This document shows, piece by piece, positions 1-9,953 of a stretch of 64,000 nucleotides of DNA. Location of the stretch: contig CAMNSS010000003.1 in the NCBI GenBank assembly GCA_946555345.1, positions 8,080 to 72,079 on the forward strand, given 5' to 3'. This DNA comes from an uncultured Eubacterium sp. (GTDB lineage Bacteria > Bacillota > Clostridia > Peptostreptococcales > Anaerovoracaceae). The notes under the pieces were generated by a model. It was not told the DNA's origin. It saw only the letters and a program-made list of their open reading frames with translations, and did not search any database. A program made the translations under genes and the position numbers. The first letter of the stretch is position 1. Every line of letters starts with the position of its first letter.

Positions 1-350
1 AAGGACACCCGTCTTTCGATCGATTCCGGCGCAAGCACATCGTCGCCGTCCGGCCAGATGAGAAACTCCCCCCGCACATATGGAAAGCCGCAGTTGAGGG
101 CTGCGGAAGCATTTTGATGGACTGCCCGCACGATGCGGTAATCATACCCCCTGGCGGCAAATTTACTGCGGTAATGCTCTGCAACCTGCACGGTTTCATC
201 CGTTGAGCCGTCATCGACCAGGATCATTTCAACCTGCCCGTACGTCTGGGAAAGCACGGAATCCAGCATCTGCGGCAGATATGCCGCCCCATTGAATATC
301 GGCGTGACGATGGAAACTTTGCCTTTTTCAAATTTTTCCTGCTCGTTCAT
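1..350 (-). CDS. GT2 glycosyltransferase, 5' part (continues beyond left edge)
   Basis: Manual translation MNEQEKFEKGKVSIVTPIFNGAAYLPQMLDSVLSQTYGQVEMILVDDGSTD...IWPDGDD shows GT2 motifs. Not in the ORF track. An in-frame alternative ATG lies at 419. Confidence 0.85.
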   Translation of the reverse strand, partial: MNEQEKFEKGKVSIVTPIFNGAAYLPQMLDSVLSQTYGQVEMILVDDGSTDETVQVAEHYRSKFAARGYDYRIVRAVHQNASAALNCGFPYVRGEFLIWPDGDDVLAPESIERRVS

Positions 351-483
351 CTCTGCGCCTTCACCTCCTCCGTCTCCTTCATCGTATCCCGTTCGCACCT
401 GCGCCTTGCATTCTTTCATCGTATCCCTTTCACGCCTGCGCCTTCCTCCTCTTCATGCCAACACTTTCCTGCCTGCTCCTCCG

Positions 484-2190
484 TTACCGCTGCCGCACAA
501 GCTTCTGATCCTCTATTTTATAAATAATATCGCATTCATTCGCCAAGCTCATATGGTGCGTTACCATCAGCATCGTTTTATCGCCTTTTACCTGCCTGAT
601 GGCATCGATGACCGCTTTTTCCGTCTCCATATCGAGGGCGGCAGTCGCTTCATCCATGACCAAAAGCGCAAAATCCTTGTAAATGGCTCTCGCCAGAGCG
701 ATTCGCTGTCGCTGCCCGCCTGAAATCGTCGTCCCGTTTTCGCCGATCAGCGTGTATACCCCCTGCGGCATTTTCAGGACATCTTCCTTGACCTGGGCAT
801 AAGCCAGGCATTCCAGGACACGCGCATCATCGATTTCATCATCTTCTTCAAAAAAAGCCACGTTTTTCCGTACCGTTGCGCCATTCAGGTATACGGTTTG
901 CGGAATATAGCTGACCAGATTCCCAATGCTTCCCTTGCACCTTCCTGCCGCATCCGCCTCTGCAACGATATCGTAATCATCATAAAAAATCTCTCCTTCC
1001 TGCGGTTTTAATAGCCCCAGGAGAAGCCCCAGCAAGGTCGTCTTTCCCGCTCCCGACGCTCCGATGACGGCAACGGAACGACCCTTTGGAATTTCAAGGA
1101 AGGCATTGCGCAGCAAAACTTCCCCGCCTTCATAAGCAAATGTGATATGCTTTGCGGAAATTCCCCGTTCAAAGGTAAGCGTTTTCTGCCGCAGCCCGGC
1201 GGCTTTTTTCTCCGCCTCCTTTACCGCATCATGCCTGATAAGCCCGTCCCTCACCATCTCATAGGATTTTTTTGTAAACTCCAGCTCGTTCATATGGTTT
1301 ATGATGCTATATGCCGCCAGCACCACATTCCCCAGAGCCGCCGTATAAGCGACGATCGGCGCAAGAATGGAGAGCAGCCCCCTTCCCGATATGAGCAGGA
1401 TCGCAAATACGAGGAACATCACCGACTGAACCAGCACCTGCATGATGGTTTTAATAAAACTATTTTGATAGGAAAACTCGCTTTGCGCCTGCGCATAACC
1501 TTCGCTCGCTTCCTGGTATCCCCTTGTAATAGAATCCGTCCGGCCGCTCATCTTCAGCTCTTCGAAGATGCCATAGGCGATACTGACCTGCGCATTCGAC
1601 TGAATCTCATACTTCCTGCTTGCTGCTCCGCAGGCGTTCACTTTTCTGCGGGCCAGGAAAAAAAGCCCTGCTGCAAAAGAGAATATCACGATACAGCTCA
1701 CAAGCCCAATCCAGCCGGAAACATAAGCCAGCATAAGAGTATACCCTGCCACGGTAAACACAGCAACCCAAATGCCGATATAATTTGTGACGACCTGGAC
1801 GCAACGGGTCGTATCGCTGCGCACCAGGACAACAGCCTGCATGACGCTCTTCCGGTTATGCTGCGCTAAATCTTCTTTCATCAAAAGCTCATATAGCTTG
1901 AGCGATAATTTCTGTGCGCCCCCATAGATAAAACGGTTGGTAAGCCTGCATTGGTACAGGGAAAAACAGCCGATCAGGACAGAGGCGGCAGCCATAAACA
2001 GCATAAAACCGACGATCACTTTCGGCGGCGCTTTTTGGCTGTGCGCCACGATGTTAATCATGTACACCACTGCGGAAAAGCTGAAAACGCTTAAAAGCGG
2101 ACTGACAAAGCTGGCAAAAGCCAGCCTCTTCCAAGAACTGCCTTCCTCACTTCCCAGTGCATCTACCACGAATTGGAACATTTTCTTCAT
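484..2190 (-). CDS. ABC transporter, fused permease-ATPase (PglK/MsbA-like glycan flippase candidate)
   Basis: N-terminal TM helices; Walker A GASGAGKT, signature ISGGQRQR, Walker B LLVMDE; lies inside the glycosyltransferase cluster. Confidence 0.85.
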   Translation of the reverse strand: MKKMFQFVVDALGSEEGSSWKRLAFASFVSPLLSVFSFSAVVYMINIVAHSQKAPPKVIVGFMLFMAAASVLIGCFSLYQCRLTNRFIYGGAQKLSLKLYELLMKEDLAQHNRKSVMQAVVLVRSDTTRCVQVVTNYIGIWVAVFTVAGYTLMLAYVSGWIGLVSCIVIFSFAAGLFFLARRKVNACGAASRKYEIQSNAQVSIAYGIFEELKMSGRTDSITRGYQEASEGYAQAQSEFSYQNSFIKTIMQVLVQSVMFLVFAILLISGRGLLSILAPIVAYTAALGNVVLAAYSIINHMNELEFTKKSYEMVRDGLIRHDAVKEAEKKAAGLRQKTLTFERGISAKHITFAYEGGEVLLRNAFLEIPKGRSVAVIGASGAGKTTLLGLLLGLLKPQEGEIFYDDYDIVAEADAAGRCKGSIGNLVSYIPQTVYLNGATVRKNVAFFEEDDEIDDARVLECLAYAQVKEDVLKMPQGVYTLIGENGTTISGGQRQRIALARAIYKDFALLVMDEATAALDMETEKAVIDAIRQVKGDKTMLMVTHHMSLANECDIIYKIEDQKLVRQR

Positions 2191-3386
2191 TTCACTTTTC
2201 TCCTCGCCAGAGCCGCCCCAAACTTACATTTACCCGCCCAGATGAACAATTTGAGCAAGAACGCAAACGGCAAAGCCTTGTATGCCGCCATAAACAGCCG
2301 CCGCCCCCTTGCCGCCCCGGCTGGGCTTTGCAAGCGCGGCTGGATGATCTGTTCTTTTTCACAGGCAAACCAGGCGGTATGCGCTTTTATTCCATCCCAG
2401 GTTTGCCTTGCTTTCTCCGTATGGGCAATTACGAGCGAAGTCCCCATGCCGTCATCCATATCCGGGCGGATGCGTTCCATGCCCCAAAAATCCCCGATCG
2501 TAAAATCGCTGTTTCGCACTGTCGTACAAAACGGACAAGCATGGCAGGACGGGCGCAGGATATAATTGCCGAAATACAGCTTGCAATAAAGATCCGAAAA
2601 AAGTGAATCCACATACTCAGCGCTGTCAATAAAAAACGAACGCATATGCCCATTGTCCTTGTTTCTCTTGTCCCGAAAGGAAAAATCCCTCATTGCTCCG
2701 CCGTGCTCATGCTCCAGGTACTGCACGTAATCCCGCCAGATGCCCGGCGAAGGGACGCCGTAGCATACCAGATCCACCAGAAGCAGCGTTTCATAGGGCT
2801 TGTTTAAGAAAAGCCGCAAAGCCTCAGCCTGGCAAGGCGTCCCGCAAAACAGCACCTGCTTACCTTCCTTTAACTGCCGCTCAATCCGTTCGTAAATCCC
2901 TTCCAGGCTGCTCTGGACATACTTTGTGCGTTTGAGTGCTTCCAGTTCCCCCAGGCTATGCGCCTCCTTATGTACCACGCGCATCTGTTCATCGTATCCA
3001 GCGCCATACACAACGCCCTGCCGCTCCAAAACAGATTGCGCCAGCAGGGGGAAAATCCCGCCCGACGAACTGTCATAACGAATTTGCGGATTCTTTGCCT
3101 GCGCGCCGAAATAGCGATTCGGCAATTCTGCTTGTACGCCGAAAGAATGGCCCTGTTCCCGTTTCTGGCCGTCGGAACACCGCCTCCCCCCCTTGCCTGC
3201 CTGGTATTTCTTCATCGGGCAGATCTGCCCGCACCAGCCACAGCCCGTACATTTTGCCCGATCGATTTGCGGATAAAAAAATCCTTCTTCATCCTGCTCC
3301 ATTGAAATTGCGCCCGCATCACAGCGATCGGCGCACGCGCCGCAGCCGCAGCACATCTCTTTTCCATCTGCGCCATGCGTTTTCAT
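2187..3386 (-). CDS. 4Fe-4S ferredoxin domain plus coenzyme F420 hydrogenase/dehydrogenase beta-subunit-like protein
   Basis: CCGCGACADRC and CTGCGWCGQICP; SSSGGIF, KYVQS, FCGTPCQ, CHGVPSPG-like CYGVPSPG, RPSCHAC, DFTIGDFWG. Confidence 0.85.
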   Translation of the reverse strand: MKTHGADGKEMCCGCGACADRCDAGAISMEQDEEGFFYPQIDRAKCTGCGWCGQICPMKKYQAGKGGRRCSDGQKREQGHSFGVQAELPNRYFGAQAKNPQIRYDSSSGGIFPLLAQSVLERQGVVYGAGYDEQMRVVHKEAHSLGELEALKRTKYVQSSLEGIYERIERQLKEGKQVLFCGTPCQAEALRLFLNKPYETLLLVDLVCYGVPSPGIWRDYVQYLEHEHGGAMRDFSFRDKRNKDNGHMRSFFIDSAEYVDSLFSDLYCKLYFGNYILRPSCHACPFCTTVRNSDFTIGDFWGMERIRPDMDDGMGTSLVIAHTEKARQTWDGIKAHTAWFACEKEQIIQPRLQSPAGAARGRRLFMAAYKALPFAFLLKLFIWAGKCKFGAALARRKVK

Positions 3387-3404
3387 CGTGATTCTCCCCG
3401 CTTT

Positions 3405-5567
3405 CTATCTTTCCGCCCCCAGATGTTTCATCAAAAAATCTTTAGAGGCTTTTTTTGCTCCTTCCAGCCTTCGCCCAGCTTCCTCCCAATCGATGGACGC
3501 ATCGATATCGATCGCTTGCCCTTCCTTGCGCAGCCTGTCCGCAAGCCCGCAAACCCGCAGGATATCGCGAAGCCTCGCCCCGCGATTGGTGTGCGGAAAC
3601 ACGATGAACCGTTTTTGGAAAATGATGCTGAACGCCGTCACATGGAAGGAATTGGTTATCACGTAATCGGCTTTATGAATCAGGCCCAAAAACTCTGACG
3701 GCCCGGCCGTATACGCTGTTTCAAAACTTCTGTCTGCAATTCCGATATCGCCTGCCAGTTCCACGACCTGTAGTTCCTTCTCCGCTGATAAACGCTTTAC
3801 ATAAGAAACCAATTCGTCATTTCGTTCTGTAAGATACAATAAAATATACCCGGAACGCCCTGGAAGGGTCTCAATGTGCGCCCAGCTTTCCTGCGCCAGA
3901 AGGAAGACCGGATCAAGAACCGCTTCCACAGGCTTGCCGCAAAGCTTTTTTACATACGGCACAGCTTCCGCTTCCCGAAGGGATACAACATCAACATGGC
4001 GCAGAAGCTTCGCAAATTCCCGGTCATATGCAGGCGAAAGCGCAGCGCCTCCCAAGCTGGCGGCATAAGCGATCACTTTTTCCTTCCGCTTATTCTCGAA
4101 TGCACCGAAGTACGCCCTTCTTAGCCCGATCGTTATGTCCGGGTTCCAAATTTGGTCGCTGCCTGCGATATAACAAGAATAGGGAAGTTGTTTTAGTTTT
4201 TTGGCAAAGAAGATCCTTTTCTGCCCCGCATCCAAGAGATATTGCCTGCGGAAATTCCGCATATTTTCCCGCCTTTGGAAAAAATCCCCTCTCATGGATA
4301 AATTGGATTCCCATCCTTTATACTGGCCGTAGATACGCCATAACCTGCCCTTCCAGCCCCTTTGCGGGATATAAGGAAACCACCAATGCCTTCCCGTCAT
4401 AAACGGCGGTTCATAAGCTACGATTTCGGTGTTGATCCCATTATCACATAAATACCGCTTTAGGCCATATGCCTGTAGCATCGCACCGTAATTATCCGCA
4501 CAGTGAAATGTTAAGATCCCAGCCTTTGCCCTTTCGCCAGCTTCTTTTCCAGCCTCTTTGTGAAAGATCTTTTGCGCCAGAAGATAAGGCCTTCTTAAAA
4601 TCCCGTAGAGGGGACCGCCGAAGATACTGCTTAAAAACCAGGCCTTAAACACCAAATCGAGCTTCCAGAACAAAGGCTGTTTTAATTCGCAAGCGGCCTC
4701 TTTTTTTAAGCGCCTGCCCCCATCACGGTCACCCGCCTCTTTCCTTTCTAAGAAAAGGTTTCCAATCACCGCAGATAATTCCTGCTCCCAGATCATTGCA
4801 AAAGAAGTCCAGCCTTTCGCATACGCAATATCCCTTCTTATCCTGCATATGCCAAAATAGTTGCTGCCTTTCGCCCCTTTTAAGGAGCGTGTAATGCTCG
4901 CATCATGCCGCCTGTAAAGATACCATTTCCCAGGCAGGTGCGCCATGCGGATTCCCTGGCAAAGCAAGCTATATAGAAACAGCGTATCCTCTCCGCTGGG
5001 CAAGCTTTCATCAAACGCCAAAGAGCCGATCACGCTCCTGCGGATCATTTTACCGCCAATCCCTGAAAGGATATACTTAAACTTTACATAGAACCATTCC
5101 CCAACGGCTTCTCCTTCGGCCAGCTCCCATTTGCCTGCCGGCGCCTGCTTCGCCAACTGCTCCCATGCCCTGTTCATTTCAGGAGATTCCAATTCCCGCC
5201 AATCACAAAACGCCAGATCAGCGCCGCATTTTTCCATTTGGCTGGCAAAGGTTTCCGTCAAGCCAGGATGAATCATGTCGTCACTATCGACAAATAACAG
5301 GTACGCACCCGTCGCAGCCGCAAGCCCCCGGTTTCTTGCAGCCGACACGCCCCGATGCGCCTGGCAGATGATGCGGATTCGTTCATCGGCAGCGCTGAAC
5401 TTGCGGCAAATTTCCAGGCTTTTATCTTCCGATCCATCGTCAACAAGAACGATCTCCAGTTCCGGATAGTTCTGGCTGACAAGGGACGTTAAGCACTGCC
5501 CAATAAATAATTCTGCGTTATAGACAGGAACAATCACCGATACTCTTTTCATTTTTTCTCCCGCCAT
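3405..5567 (-). CDS. Fusion of GT2 glycosyltransferase (N-term) and polysaccharide pyruvyl transferase-family domain (C-term)
   Basis: VSVIVPVYN...DDGSED...FVDSDD in the N half; NYGAMLQAY, GSDQIWN, SLRE, DPVFLL, TNSFH in the C half. Confidence 0.85.
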   Translation of the reverse strand: MAGEKMKRVSVIVPVYNAELFIGQCLTSLVSQNYPELEIVLVDDGSEDKSLEICRKFSAADERIRIICQAHRGVSAARNRGLAAATGAYLLFVDSDDMIHPGLTETFASQMEKCGADLAFCDWRELESPEMNRAWEQLAKQAPAGKWELAEGEAVGEWFYVKFKYILSGIGGKMIRRSVIGSLAFDESLPSGEDTLFLYSLLCQGIRMAHLPGKWYLYRRHDASITRSLKGAKGSNYFGICRIRRDIAYAKGWTSFAMIWEQELSAVIGNLFLERKEAGDRDGGRRLKKEAACELKQPLFWKLDLVFKAWFLSSIFGGPLYGILRRPYLLAQKIFHKEAGKEAGERAKAGILTFHCADNYGAMLQAYGLKRYLCDNGINTEIVAYEPPFMTGRHWWFPYIPQRGWKGRLWRIYGQYKGWESNLSMRGDFFQRRENMRNFRRQYLLDAGQKRIFFAKKLKQLPYSCYIAGSDQIWNPDITIGLRRAYFGAFENKRKEKVIAYAASLGGAALSPAYDREFAKLLRHVDVVSLREAEAVPYVKKLCGKPVEAVLDPVFLLAQESWAHIETLPGRSGYILLYLTERNDELVSYVKRLSAEKELQVVELAGDIGIADRSFETAYTAGPSEFLGLIHKADYVITNSFHVTAFSIIFQKRFIVFPHTNRGARLRDILRVCGLADRLRKEGQAIDIDASIDWEEAGRRLEGAKKASKDFLMKHLGAER

Positions 5568-6202
5568 TCTTTATTCAAAAAAGAAACATAATCAAAATCA
5601 TCCAAATACCGCCGCAGCCGGAACTGCTCTTTGTAATTTGTCAAAACCCCAAGCTCTTCTTCCGCCTCAAACCCTTTCATGTAGCAGGCTGATTGAAACT
5701 CCGGGTATTCCGTTTTGGTAAAGACCACTTTGTTTTCATATGGCAACTGGTCAAATTTCTGCAAGGTTTCATAACTGCATCCGTCTTTTTGCGTTCCAAC
5801 AATAAACAGGTTATCCCAGTTGATTCTCTTCTTTCGCTCGTTCCACTGCGCTACGCCTTCCGCAAAATCCGCATAATGCACGAATTGAATCCTGACGTCC
5901 GCCAGCATTCCAACCGGGTACGCTTCCAGCCCGCCGGACAACGTGATTTCCTGCTGCATATACCATTTTAAATTTCCTGCCATCTCCACAAAATCGTCCA
6001 TGCCGATGCTGAGATTGATGGTCGGAGAAAGATAAGGCAGGTCCAGGTCATAATACATAAATGTTCCATTGCAGTTTGAAGCAATGATCGTAAAATCCTC
6101 GTTTTTCAAGTTTTTTCGTTTTCTTTGCTGATAGCGCATTGCTTCCCGCCTTCGGAGTTTTTCATATGCGCCTGGAAAAAACCTAGGTATTATATTTCGC
6201 AT
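5549..6202 (-). CDS. DUF1919-like exopolysaccharide biosynthesis protein
   Basis: FTIIASNCNG...SPTINL...FVHY...WNERKKRINWDNLF pattern; start placed at MRNII (6202). Confidence 0.7.
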   Translation of the reverse strand: MRNIIPRFFPGAYEKLRRREAMRYQQRKRKNLKNEDFTIIASNCNGTFMYYDLDLPYLSPTINLSIGMDDFVEMAGNLKWYMQQEITLSGGLEAYPVGMLADVRIQFVHYADFAEGVAQWNERKKRINWDNLFIVGTQKDGCSYETLQKFDQLPYENKVVFTKTEYPEFQSACYMKGFEAEEELGVLTNYKEQFRLRRYLDDFDYVSFLNKEWREKK

Positions 6203-6380
6203 TTTGCTTTTCCCTGCCTTTTTCATGGATAATTGCATGATTCCGCAATTTTTTCGCTTGTCCCATATTGATTCCAATCTTCCGCTCCATCGTTTAAACT
6301 CCGTTTTATTCTGATGCGCCGCCGCAAAACGCATCGTTATGCATCCGGCCAATTTTCAATGCGCTTTCAGTCTCCCCCTG

Positions 6381-7472
6381 CTATTTTCCTTCAGGCAAAG
6401 TCCCCGCACCGCTTGTTTTTACCGGGATGCCTTTTTTTCCGCACAAAAGCTTTATCATCAACATCGCTGGATATACGATCCGAAAGCTGAATAGCAAGAT
6501 GCAGGCACGCGCTGGAAACGATAACCCTTCCAGGGGACTTACAGGAAATGCCGCCTCCTCCTTTAAAATCGTTTTCCATCTGCGCGCGGCCTGGCGGAGA
6601 GATGAGGCAAACCGGATTTCCTGGCATGCTGCCGTAATCAAGCCGTTAAACGCCAGCTCGTTAACCTGTTTCCTGGCTAGCGCAGCATTCCGCCCATTTT
6701 CACGGCTGCGCAAGTATGCCGCCATCGCAATATTGTTCCGAAACAAACCCGGATGATATCGCCGGTACATGGAACTTTCACTGTACTGGTCATACACATA
6801 ATAGCACGAACCGGAAAAATAGATCTCCTTTGCAAAACGAACGCATTCATAAGCGCAAACGAGATCCTCCCCGTAAAAAAGCGATATGTCCGTGCAATAA
6901 TGTGCCAGGAGCAAATCCCTGGCAATGATCTTATCCCAAAGAACGGGGCAAACCAGGTTTCTTGCCTCCCTCCCCGTCCCAAAAGCCTGAAGCATACGAG
7001 GATACACTGCCGCCTCCAGCCGTTCCCTGCTGTATGAACCCGGTGCAAGCGGCCATGGGCAATGAACCAGTTTTCCGGTCTCCAGGCTCCTCTTATGCCC
7101 GAAAATAAACAGATCCGGCGGCTCCGGCTGTTCCAACACGTGAATTGCCTCCTGCAACAGCCCCTGCTCAATCCAATCATCAGCATCGGCGTAGTACACA
7201 TATTTTCCCGCCGCGCGAAACAGTCCATCGTTTCTCGCCGCCGCCACACCTTGGTTCTCCTTATGGACAACCTGTATTCTGCTATCCTGCAAAGCATACG
7301 CATCACATATATCTGGCGTGGCATCTGTTGACCCGTCATTCACAATAATCAATTCAAAATCCGCAGAATGCTGCGCCAGAATGCTGTCGATGCATCTTTT
7401 CAATTCATGCTCGTTATTATATGCCGGCACAATAATTGAAAAAAAAGGGCTTTCCTGATCCGCGCGCTTCAT
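6381..7472 (-). CDS. GT2 glycosyltransferase
   Basis: FSIIVPAYN, NDGSTD, ARNDGL, YADADD; start overlaps the upstream stop. Confidence 0.85.
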   Translation of the reverse strand: MKRADQESPFFSIIVPAYNNEHELKRCIDSILAQHSADFELIIVNDGSTDATPDICDAYALQDSRIQVVHKENQGVAAARNDGLFRAAGKYVYYADADDWIEQGLLQEAIHVLEQPEPPDLFIFGHKRSLETGKLVHCPWPLAPGSYSRERLEAAVYPRMLQAFGTGREARNLVCPVLWDKIIARDLLLAHYCTDISLFYGEDLVCAYECVRFAKEIYFSGSCYYVYDQYSESSMYRRYHPGLFRNNIAMAAYLRSRENGRNAALARKQVNELAFNGLITAACQEIRFASSLRQAARRWKTILKEEAAFPVSPLEGLSFPARACILLFSFRIVYPAMLMIKLLCGKKGIPVKTSGAGTLPEGK

Positions 7473-8482
7473 AATATCACCCTCCCCGCTGTTTTCGCCA
7501 AGAACCATCCCAGCCTTGGATATTGCCTGGCGATCCGCATAGCCAGTTTCCGGTGCGGCAGTACATTGGGAGCGTTCATATAAATATCCGCATACCGCTC
7601 CAGCTCCCGCATACAGATCTTCCAGCTTTCGCTTTCTGGTGAAAATTCCCGCCTGCTACAGTACCGGGCCTCTTCATACCAAAAAGCCATGAACCGGAAA
7701 GCATACTGAATTTTATGCGCTGTGAAATGACAATCATCGATTGCTTCGCCTGCCCGGAGTATCGGCTGTAAAGCCTGGCAAAGATCCCCGGCTGAATGCC
7801 TTTTCGTCGTAAGGCTTCCCGGGCGCTTACAATAAAAATAGCCATGAAAAGGCAACACCTCCAAAAAACCATTACACCTGTGCAAATATTCACAAACAAA
7901 AGCAAAATCTTCAAAATTAACCACATCTTCTGAAAAAGAGAGCAGAAGCCTGCCAGCTTCATCGAGGATTTTCTCCCGTAAAAACAAAGCAGAATTACAG
8001 CTCATTAAGATCTGCTCCCACATAACCATCCCCAGCGCCTGTTGCGGACATCTTCGGTACTGCTCCCTGAGACGGGATTGCCGCCATGCCCGTTTTCCAT
8101 TTTCCTTGCAGACGAGCTGTCCGCAAACGGCCAAGTCGCTGCCCCGCCGCAGGCTTTCCGCTAGCCTTTCTATCATTTGCGGGTGAATCATGTCATCCGC
8201 ATCCACAAACCCGATAAACTGCCCCCGGGCCTTCTGCAAGCCTGTATTTCTCGCATGGGCAAGCCCTCCATTCGGAATATCGGCCAATTTAATCACAGGC
8301 CCGCTTGCATCGGCTTTTTCTATAAAGGAGCGGACAATCTCGCCCGTCCTATCCGTAGAGCCATCGTTTACTACGATCAGCTCCAGGTTATGGTATGAGG
8401 ATTTCAGGATGCTGTCCAAACACCGCCCAATTCTCTTTTCTTCCTGGTATGCAGGTATAATAACTGAAACTAGCTCTTTCAT
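7469..8482 (-). CDS. GT2 glycosyltransferase
   Basis: VSVIIPAYQ, NDGSTD, ARNTGL, FVDADD. Confidence 0.88.
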   Translation of the reverse strand: MKELVSVIIPAYQEEKRIGRCLDSILKSSYHNLELIVVNDGSTDRTGEIVRSFIEKADASGPVIKLADIPNGGLAHARNTGLQKARGQFIGFVDADDMIHPQMIERLAESLRRGSDLAVCGQLVCKENGKRAWRQSRLREQYRRCPQQALGMVMWEQILMSCNSALFLREKILDEAGRLLLSFSEDVVNFEDFAFVCEYLHRCNGFLEVLPFHGYFYCKRPGSLTTKRHSAGDLCQALQPILRAGEAIDDCHFTAHKIQYAFRFMAFWYEEARYCSRREFSPESESWKICMRELERYADIYMNAPNVLPHRKLAMRIARQYPRLGWFLAKTAGRVIL

Positions 8483-8519
8483 GACCTTTCCTTGCCATTA
8501 AAATTTTATGCCCCAATAT

Positions 8520-9953
8520 TTATTCAACATCGGCTGCGCCAATGCGATAACCATACTTTTCCTTTTTCTGCCCGTTTGCCAGAAAAATATCCTTTCCCGT
8601 CTGGCAATCCGTAATCGATACATATATCTGGTATTTGGTATCCGAAAGCTCTAGTAAAGGGATTTCCCGATGGAGCGTTAATGTCTCGTCCGCCTGCGCC
8701 CCGCCGGAAAGCTTCCGCAAATTCTGCGGCACTTCATAAGACAAAAGCTCATCATCTTCTTCACTGTACAGATGAAGCGCAACTTCAATGTCCCGGTAGA
8801 GCGGCGCAAAGCCCACATTTTGGAAGGTAACGTCCGCTGACAACGCTCCCTTGACAGGCTCATGTTCTAAATGCACATCCGTAATCAGCAGACGGTAGCC
8901 CAAATGCCGCTCGATATAGGAAAGCCCATCCATGCCGAAAAAACAGCCTGGTTCCGAAACCCGCTCTTCCGCCCACTTTTGAAAAACCTCCCTGTCGTAA
9001 TCCCGGTTCAAATACGTGACGTGCATAGCCGACAAATCATCCACGGCCCTTTCAAAATCATTAAAGGCGTTTTCGTGGATCACTTCACCGCCATTGGGAA
9101 CACGGGCGCACAACTCATTCTGAAACGCAAGCTCATCTTCCCTAGACCAACACGAATGCCAACCAGCCGCATCGGCGCTTTCACTGCCATAAGTGCCATA
9201 ATCGCTTTCACTGCCAAGCATCCCATCATTAAACAAGCCTAATCGCATTTTCAGATCCTTTGCAGTCTCCTGATCCGCCGAAAAAAAATTATTCCCCGTA
9301 ATATTCCGCCACTGTGCAGGCATACGAACCGAAAGGTAGGTGGATGCATCCGTCACATCCGCCAGTTTTGAAGCCAGACGGCACAAAGCTTCTGCTTGCA
9401 AAAACTTTGTTCCATTCATTTCGCCCCAGTTTCCGATAAAAAGCCCCTGCATCGTAAAAAGCTGTTGATGGCGCTTGCGCAGAACCGGTCCTAATTGCTC
9501 CATATGCGACAAGATTATCTCCAAATCTTCCGGCTCTGTTTCCTCGTTGTTGCCATCCCAATCGTAGAGAAAACGAAGAATTAACTGCTTATCCGTATCT
9601 TCCAGGGCGTCCAGCAGGGCTTCGATATTGGCAATCCCTGCTTCCGAAATCGCGCTGTCCGTGTAATTTTGAAGGTTGACTTCCACCAAAGAAAGAGCCG
9701 TATCCGTATCATGCGCATAATCATTCGCCACAAGCTGCTGGTAATTTTCTTGCCGATCCGTAATGCGAAACCCATGAATATAGTAAAAGCCCCTGTTTGG
9801 GTTATCCAGCTCCGCAGGCGACTCCGTAAAGGTACAAGTCTCGACATCCACGCTTCGTCCGCAGCCTCCAAACAACAGGCAAACGCCCAATATCATGGCG
9901 ATGGCAGCCCGCCTCCATTTTATCCCGATATACCGTCTGTCCATTCCCATCAC
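8520..9953 (-). CDS. Lipoprotein, DUF4874/DUF4832-like (putative glycoside hydrolase fold)
   Basis: Lipobox-like LLFGGC; NPNRGFY, ILRFLYD, GNWGE, GLFNDG, HLGYR motifs shared with 12251..13558. Confidence 0.7.
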   Translation of the reverse strand: MMGMDRRYIGIKWRRAAIAMILGVCLLFGGCGRSVDVETCTFTESPAELDNPNRGFYYIHGFRITDRQENYQQLVANDYAHDTDTALSLVEVNLQNYTDSAISEAGIANIEALLDALEDTDKQLILRFLYDWDGNNEETEPEDLEIILSHMEQLGPVLRKRHQQLFTMQGLFIGNWGEMNGTKFLQAEALCRLASKLADVTDASTYLSVRMPAQWRNITGNNFFSADQETAKDLKMRLGLFNDGMLGSESDYGTYGSESADAAGWHSCWSREDELAFQNELCARVPNGGEVIHENAFNDFERAVDDLSAMHVTYLNRDYDREVFQKWAEERVSEPGCFFGMDGLSYIERHLGYRLLITDVHLEHEPVKGALSADVTFQNVGFAPLYRDIEVALHLYSEEDDELLSYEVPQNLRKLSGGAQADETLTLHREIPLLELSDTKYQIYVSITDCQTGKDIFLANGQKKEKYGYRIGAADVE

